Source: Octopus vulgaris (Eukaryota). Taken from it: DNA of 64,000 nucleotides. The stretch spans positions 102,486,001-102,550,000 of the forward strand of contig OX597819.1 in NCBI GenBank assembly GCA_951406725.2. Direction: 5' to 3'. This document shows positions 58,974 to 64,000 of the stretch, piece by piece; the first letter of the stretch is position 1, and the number at the start of each line of letters is the position of its first letter. The notes under the pieces were generated by a model. That model searched no databases. It was not told where the DNA came from and worked only from the letters and a program-made list of their open reading frames with translations. A program made the translations under genes and the position numbers.

Positions 58974-60419
58974 GAGTATGGAAGCTTGTACATTCACAAA
59001 ATTTATTTTATAGTTAAGTACAGTATATCATAATGACCTACTCATGACCTACAGCGACTTCTCACTGTTGCAGATGCAACTTTGCAATATCGTTGGTGGA
59101 CCTATGTGTAGATCATGAACTTGTATTTATGAAATGAGTCTTACTAGGGTCGACTTCGAGTTCATTTCCTCTTAGTAATAACAATGAAAGAAGTGGCAGT
59201 TTTATAACAGGTTCATCGATACCAATCCTCCGCCTCTCCTGAAAAGCAAACGAGAAAAGTGAATAATCACTATTAAATTACACCACATTAAATATGCTGT
59301 TTATTGTTGTTGTTGTTGTGTGTATGGTAGCATGTCAGCGTTCCTCGGGTAAATTTCTGGTATCAAAGTCGTTCTAGTTGTAACACTTTCGTCTCTTTAT
59401 TAAATCTATGACTAAATGTCCGAGGTTTTTATCTGCTCTTTCTGTTGTTTTTCTTTAATGTTAAAAGACGTTATATGGTTTGAGGGAGATTTGGCGTCTG
59501 TTTCTCCCAAGTCAAGTAACCATATAATTACGACTCCCTCTCTGTCTCTGTCTCTCTCTCTCTCATGGGCTTATACATACCCATGCATGCATGGACGTAA
59601 ATACACACATACATATACACATATAAATATACATGCTTATATAAAAAAGAAAAAAAGACAGCAGTAAGGTGTAATTCTAATAAGTTTAGCTGCTATTTCT
59701 TGCAAGAAAAGTCGACCTTCGTAGAATAGAAAAATATTGTTAGTTACAAAAAACATTCCCGACACTCGACCTCCGTGCCCCTCTGCCAACATTGTGGTGG
59801 TCTTGTTTATGCTAGCGTTGTTATCCTACATATAGTAGTAGTAGTAGTAGTAATAGTAGTGGTGGTGGTGGTGCTGGTGACACTATTAGTAGTAGTGGTG
59901 GTGACACTAGTAGTAGTAGTCGTGGTGGTGGTGGTGACAATAGTAGTAGTAGTAGTGGCGGCGGTGGTGGTGTTGGCGATGGTAGTGACACTAGTAGTAG
60001 TAGTGGTAGTGATAGTAGTAGTAGTAAAAGTGGTAATCATAATAATGCTGTTTTTTGTGGCTGTTGTTTCTTCTACGGTTTGCTATTGTTTTACCATTTC
60101 AATTTATAGGTTCAATTAGATGAATAAAACAGAAAGAACTCACATCAAAACCCGACAAGCAGCCAAAATAAAACTATAAAAAAAAAGGGAAAAAAGAAAA
60201 CAAGAAAAATTAACAATATATATAAAAAAAAAGATCAAGCAAACATAATATATGTATAAATATATAAATAATACAAATAAAAAGATCATAAAAGGAAAAG
60301 AAATCAACGAAAAAAATAAGGACAATAGTAGCAATAACAACTACAGCAACTACACTAACAAAAAAAAAAGCAGCAATAAACAATAAACAAAGAATATAAT
60401 TAAAACAATAAACTAATTT

Positions 60420-61260
60420 GACTTTAGTAAGTTTTTTGTCTTTTATTTTTATCTCATGTATTGTATTAATTACAGGTGAACAGAAATCTGGTTTTGTGAG
60501 TGAAAAGGTGCTTTCTGAACTTCCTGCGTCATTGCTTGTGTCTATCCACGGGGGTGGAATGGCTGGACCGGTGGTGTAGCGAACTAGATGGCTTGATGGA
60601 TACAGTGATTTTGTTTTCGTGAAAATTATGGGTTCAAATCTCACTGGAGTGTATTATGATTTTTAAAAATTTTGTCTGAGATACCCAGTATATGCAGGGT
60701 TTAATCCGTGTAAACTGAGTCTCTATAAAATTGTTTTTCTTTTTCTTTTTTCCCAGTGTAGTTAATGAATAAAAGGTAACAGTGATTACATCAAAATCTG
60801 CAAGACGGGTCCAATATATTTTGAAATGCTTCAGCCTGGTGTAAGGGAACGTGCCTGTGATCATTGTTGTAGGTCTGCCCCACCCCATAGGATAGATTGA
60901 TGCGGTTAATGGTCAGGTAAAACATCTGCCTATGCGGAAAAGCATTGGTGGGAAGGGATTTCAACGGGTTGACTTGATGGGCAAGAAAGACTGGGTATTT
61001 AGTTATATATAATCACTGTAGCTTCCGAAGAAACCTAGAAATAGCATTGAACTGGTTCTTATTGTAAGGCTCTACCTAGGGAGTTCAGAATTTTGGGGAG
61101 TATAAGGTGGTCCTTTAGTTACCTTTACTACTAGGTCCTTTTAGATTCGGAGTGAGAGTACTTATCAAGGACCCTAGTTGTTGGTCAAATAGCGGAAGAG
61201 GATCTTGTAGCTAAGGCGTATAGGACTTGGAGGTGTCACACTGGTCCTCGGGTCAGAGTT
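60420..61260 (-). mobile_element. Probable decayed Penelope-like element 3' portion (GIY-YIG remnant)
   Basis: Minus strand has KYIG..RLAD-like and LHGLN remnants typical of PLE C-termini; heavily decayed. Confidence 0.45.
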
Positions 61261-62560
61261 TTAAACATGCCTTTTTCATAGAAGAGAGTCCCAGGGGAGT
61301 AACAGACTGGGTAAATTGTACGTAAGACAGCACAAGGAGAGAGAAATTATAGCTGTATATTTTCGAAGAAAATATGATCTCTTTAGTCTTTGGCTTCGAG
61401 GTCCATGGTCTGCGCGCGCACGCGAGAGAGAGAGAGAGGCAGATACAGACAGAGACAGAGATGAAATGAAGGAGAGGAGGAGAGATTGTTGTTAGGAGAT
61501 TGCTGATTTTGAGTAAAGCTTTTCTGTAACGGTGTTGATATTGATTGCTGTATTTATATAGCAAAGCCTACTTTAAGTAAGGAAGAAATTCAAAACGAAT
61601 CAAGTTATTTATTCACATTCCGCTATCATACTTACAATTATCTATTGTAAATCAAGAATGGAATCTGAGAGTTCAATAAATATTCTTGAATTTATATATA
61701 TTTATCTGTTTTTTGATATGTCAAAATAAATTTTGACAACCGTTTGTTTACTACATTTATTGATCTTCTTATCACAAAACACACAAAAGGAGCAACGTCC
61801 TATACTATATATATATTTCTATATTTCTTAACTTCTACATCTTCATATGATGTCTGTGCAATCATTTCTGTTGAAAATGTGAAGTAGACCTATCTGTCTC
61901 TTTTTTCGTATATTGTTTCCTGTATTTTCCAGTAGATTCTATGGAGTTTTCCTTAAGTTATACACTTACTGCGTGGCATTTGTGCATTCGGTCTTCTTTA
62001 TTACTCGGTCCTTTTCTAGCTAAACACGCGAGAAGGTTTATATGAGACATTATGTAGATCTGCTCTGTATTACGGGAAATATAGTCGACTCAGATCTGCG
62101 ATAAAGCTGCAGAACATATATCGACGAAAAGAATTCATAAAATCAAATCATTTCCTGTATAAATGTGAATAGAGGTGAAGTGTGACAACTCCAACAGGGT
62201 CATTCTTCTAATTCCCAGAACAAGCTTTCTACAGTCTTTAATACAACGGCAGGTGCCGGGGTTCGTTCGTTGCAGTTTCATACGTAAAAGCTATTCACTG
62301 TGCCTGAAACAATGATGGCACCTGTATGATTTTATTAACTAAGAATAGCAGAAAAGTTGCTCACAAAGCAATTCTTGCCGTCATATAGAATGTGTGATGC
62401 ATTGAATATTACATTCCTTGTTTTTTATTTCCTCTAATTTTCTTCTTCCTGTTTCTAATCTTTTACACAAATCGCATATCTATTTACTCAGTTCCGTACT
62501 TCTACTATTATTATTGTTGTTGTTGTTGTTATAATTATTATTATTAAAGCAAAAGAAAAA

Positions 62561-62810
62561 GAAGAGTGCCATTGTTATCAAGTGAACGATATTTCGGCAT
62601 CTAGCGTGCCTTCCACAGGTTCAAAGACTAAACATGTCAATCTACTTCACTTTCGGTAATATTTTATAGGATTGAGGTATCTCAATCCTATAAAATCCTA
62701 TAAAATATTACCAAAAATGAAGTAAATTGACAAGTTTATTTTTTTAACCTGTTGAAGGCACGCTAGATGCCGAAGTATCTATCGTTCACTTGATAACAAT
62801 GGCACCCTTC
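62561..62810. repeat. ~250-bp imperfect palindrome (foldback)
   Basis: gaagagtgccattgttatcaagtgaacg...ttttataggattgag-gtat-ctcaatcctataaaa...cgttcacttgataacaatggcacccttc; the loop-proximal motif recurs at ~62856-62876. Confidence 0.9.
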
Positions 62811-62875
62811 GATTTTTTAAAATTATTTTTGCTTCTGTATACCTACAGGAGGAGTTACCTCAATCCTATAAAATA

Positions 62876-62925
<50 letters not shown>

Positions 62926-62973
62926 ACATCGAAAAATACCTTAGGAACGAGAACCCAGGTTCGAAGTTTCCCC

Positions 62974-63021
62974 AAGACCTCTGATGAAAACTGGAGGGTA
63001 TATCAGCCGAAACGTTGTGTT
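62974..63021 (+). ncRNA. Degenerate Penelope-type minimal hammerhead
   Basis: CTGATGA-AAACTG-gagggtatat-CAGCC-GAAACGTT-GTGTT; core intact, stems I and II partly mismatched. Confidence 0.5.
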
Positions 63022-63538
63022 AACGAAAAAAAAGATGAAGACAAATATCCGTCATTGTAAATAATGTAAATAATGTACATAATTCCCCATCTTTTAAATA
63101 TATATATAAAAAGGAGTGTTTTGTAGTTCAGTATAATGTAGGCAGAGGAGAGAAAAATCAATAAATGTTGAAGCTTGGCCGGCCGCTATCAGTTTGTGCT
63201 GGTTGCCATCGGGTTGTCAGGTGTTCTAGGAGTCCTTATTACAGATTTCCACCACAAAATATGGATAACGGCGGCCCTTCAAAGAAATGAACCACGCGAG
63301 GTGAAGTGGCTGCTGTAGCGAGTGTCGCAGGCCGTTCTCCGCAGCAACGCCATACCTGTCATTACCGCGGGTGGTGGCTGAGCACACTATTTGTTGAGGG
63401 GTGTGTGGTCCATAGCTCCCTCCCACTACGTCTTCTGCTGCTTTACTTCTTCCTTTGTCTTTACTTTCTTTATCTTTCTTATCATTTTGTTTCTTCTTTC
63501 TTTGTACTAAAGCGTTATTAGTTTGTAAATTTTGATGA

Positions 63539-63755
63539 GGCGGCGAGCTGGCAGATTCGTTAGCACGCCGGGCAAAATGCTTACTGACATTTCAACTGTA
63601 TTTACGTTCGGTGTTCAAATTCCACCGAGGTCAACTTAGTCTTTCATTCTTTTGGGGGTCGATAAAATAAGTACTAGCTATGTACGGGAGTCGCACTAAT
63701 TGACTTAACCCTTCCACCGAAATTATTGGTCTTGTGCCAAACTTTGAAACCAATT
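63539..63755 (+). mobile_element. Full-length family-B SINE
   Basis: ggcggcgagctggcagattcgttagc head, gttcaaattcc B box, ggggtcgataaaataagtac core, cttgtgccaaactttgaaacc tail. Confidence 0.85.
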
Positions 63756-64000
63756 TATAAATTCTCTTCACAATCAACAGGACCCTGGTTTAAACTGACT
63801 GCATCATATCCTCGAATAATTCACCTTCACTTTGGATCAACCCAAGCCTTGAAAGTGAAATTGTGTTGACGAAAATTCTGCAGAATACAGTCGGAGAATT
63901 GTGCTTGTATATCAAAGACCAGAACTTATCACACTCTCTACGAAGGGTGCACGTCTGTGTGGAATACTCACATGCCAGTTCTATGAACAGGTAATCGAGT

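Noticed and set aside
63170-63430. GC-rich segment with short ORFs
   Set aside because: No recognisable motif; cannot distinguish a TE fragment from a regulatory element.

Overview
Repeat-saturated, AT-rich metazoan DNA with no convincing host protein-coding exon, so probably intergenic or deep intronic. Extreme microsatellite density and several tRNA-derived SINE families are most consistent with an octopod cephalopod genome; this is an inference from repeat style, not a database match. Almost all ORFs in the track are microsatellite artefacts, and the real coding remnants are all transposon-derived. They are (1) a young CR1-group LINE with intact APE and RT motifs (54057-58716, minus strand) inside a (TA)n tract, carrying a 1587-bp internal duplication with a mosaic junction that looks like an assembly artefact, plus a 68-bp 3' copy also inside (TA)n; (2) about ten decayed R4/Dong-type (RT plus restriction-like endonuclease) fragments, several in (TAA)n; (3) Chapaev3-like, hAT-Charlie, mariner, Tigger-like, Helentron (PIF1), RTE and Penelope remnants. 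Hidden among these are seven minimal type-I hammerhead ribozyme motifs, three or four with intact catalytic cores and some with unusually long or displaced stem II. There are also two long imperfect hairpins with a non-random mismatch pattern, and SINEs that appear to insert into their own family at one site.
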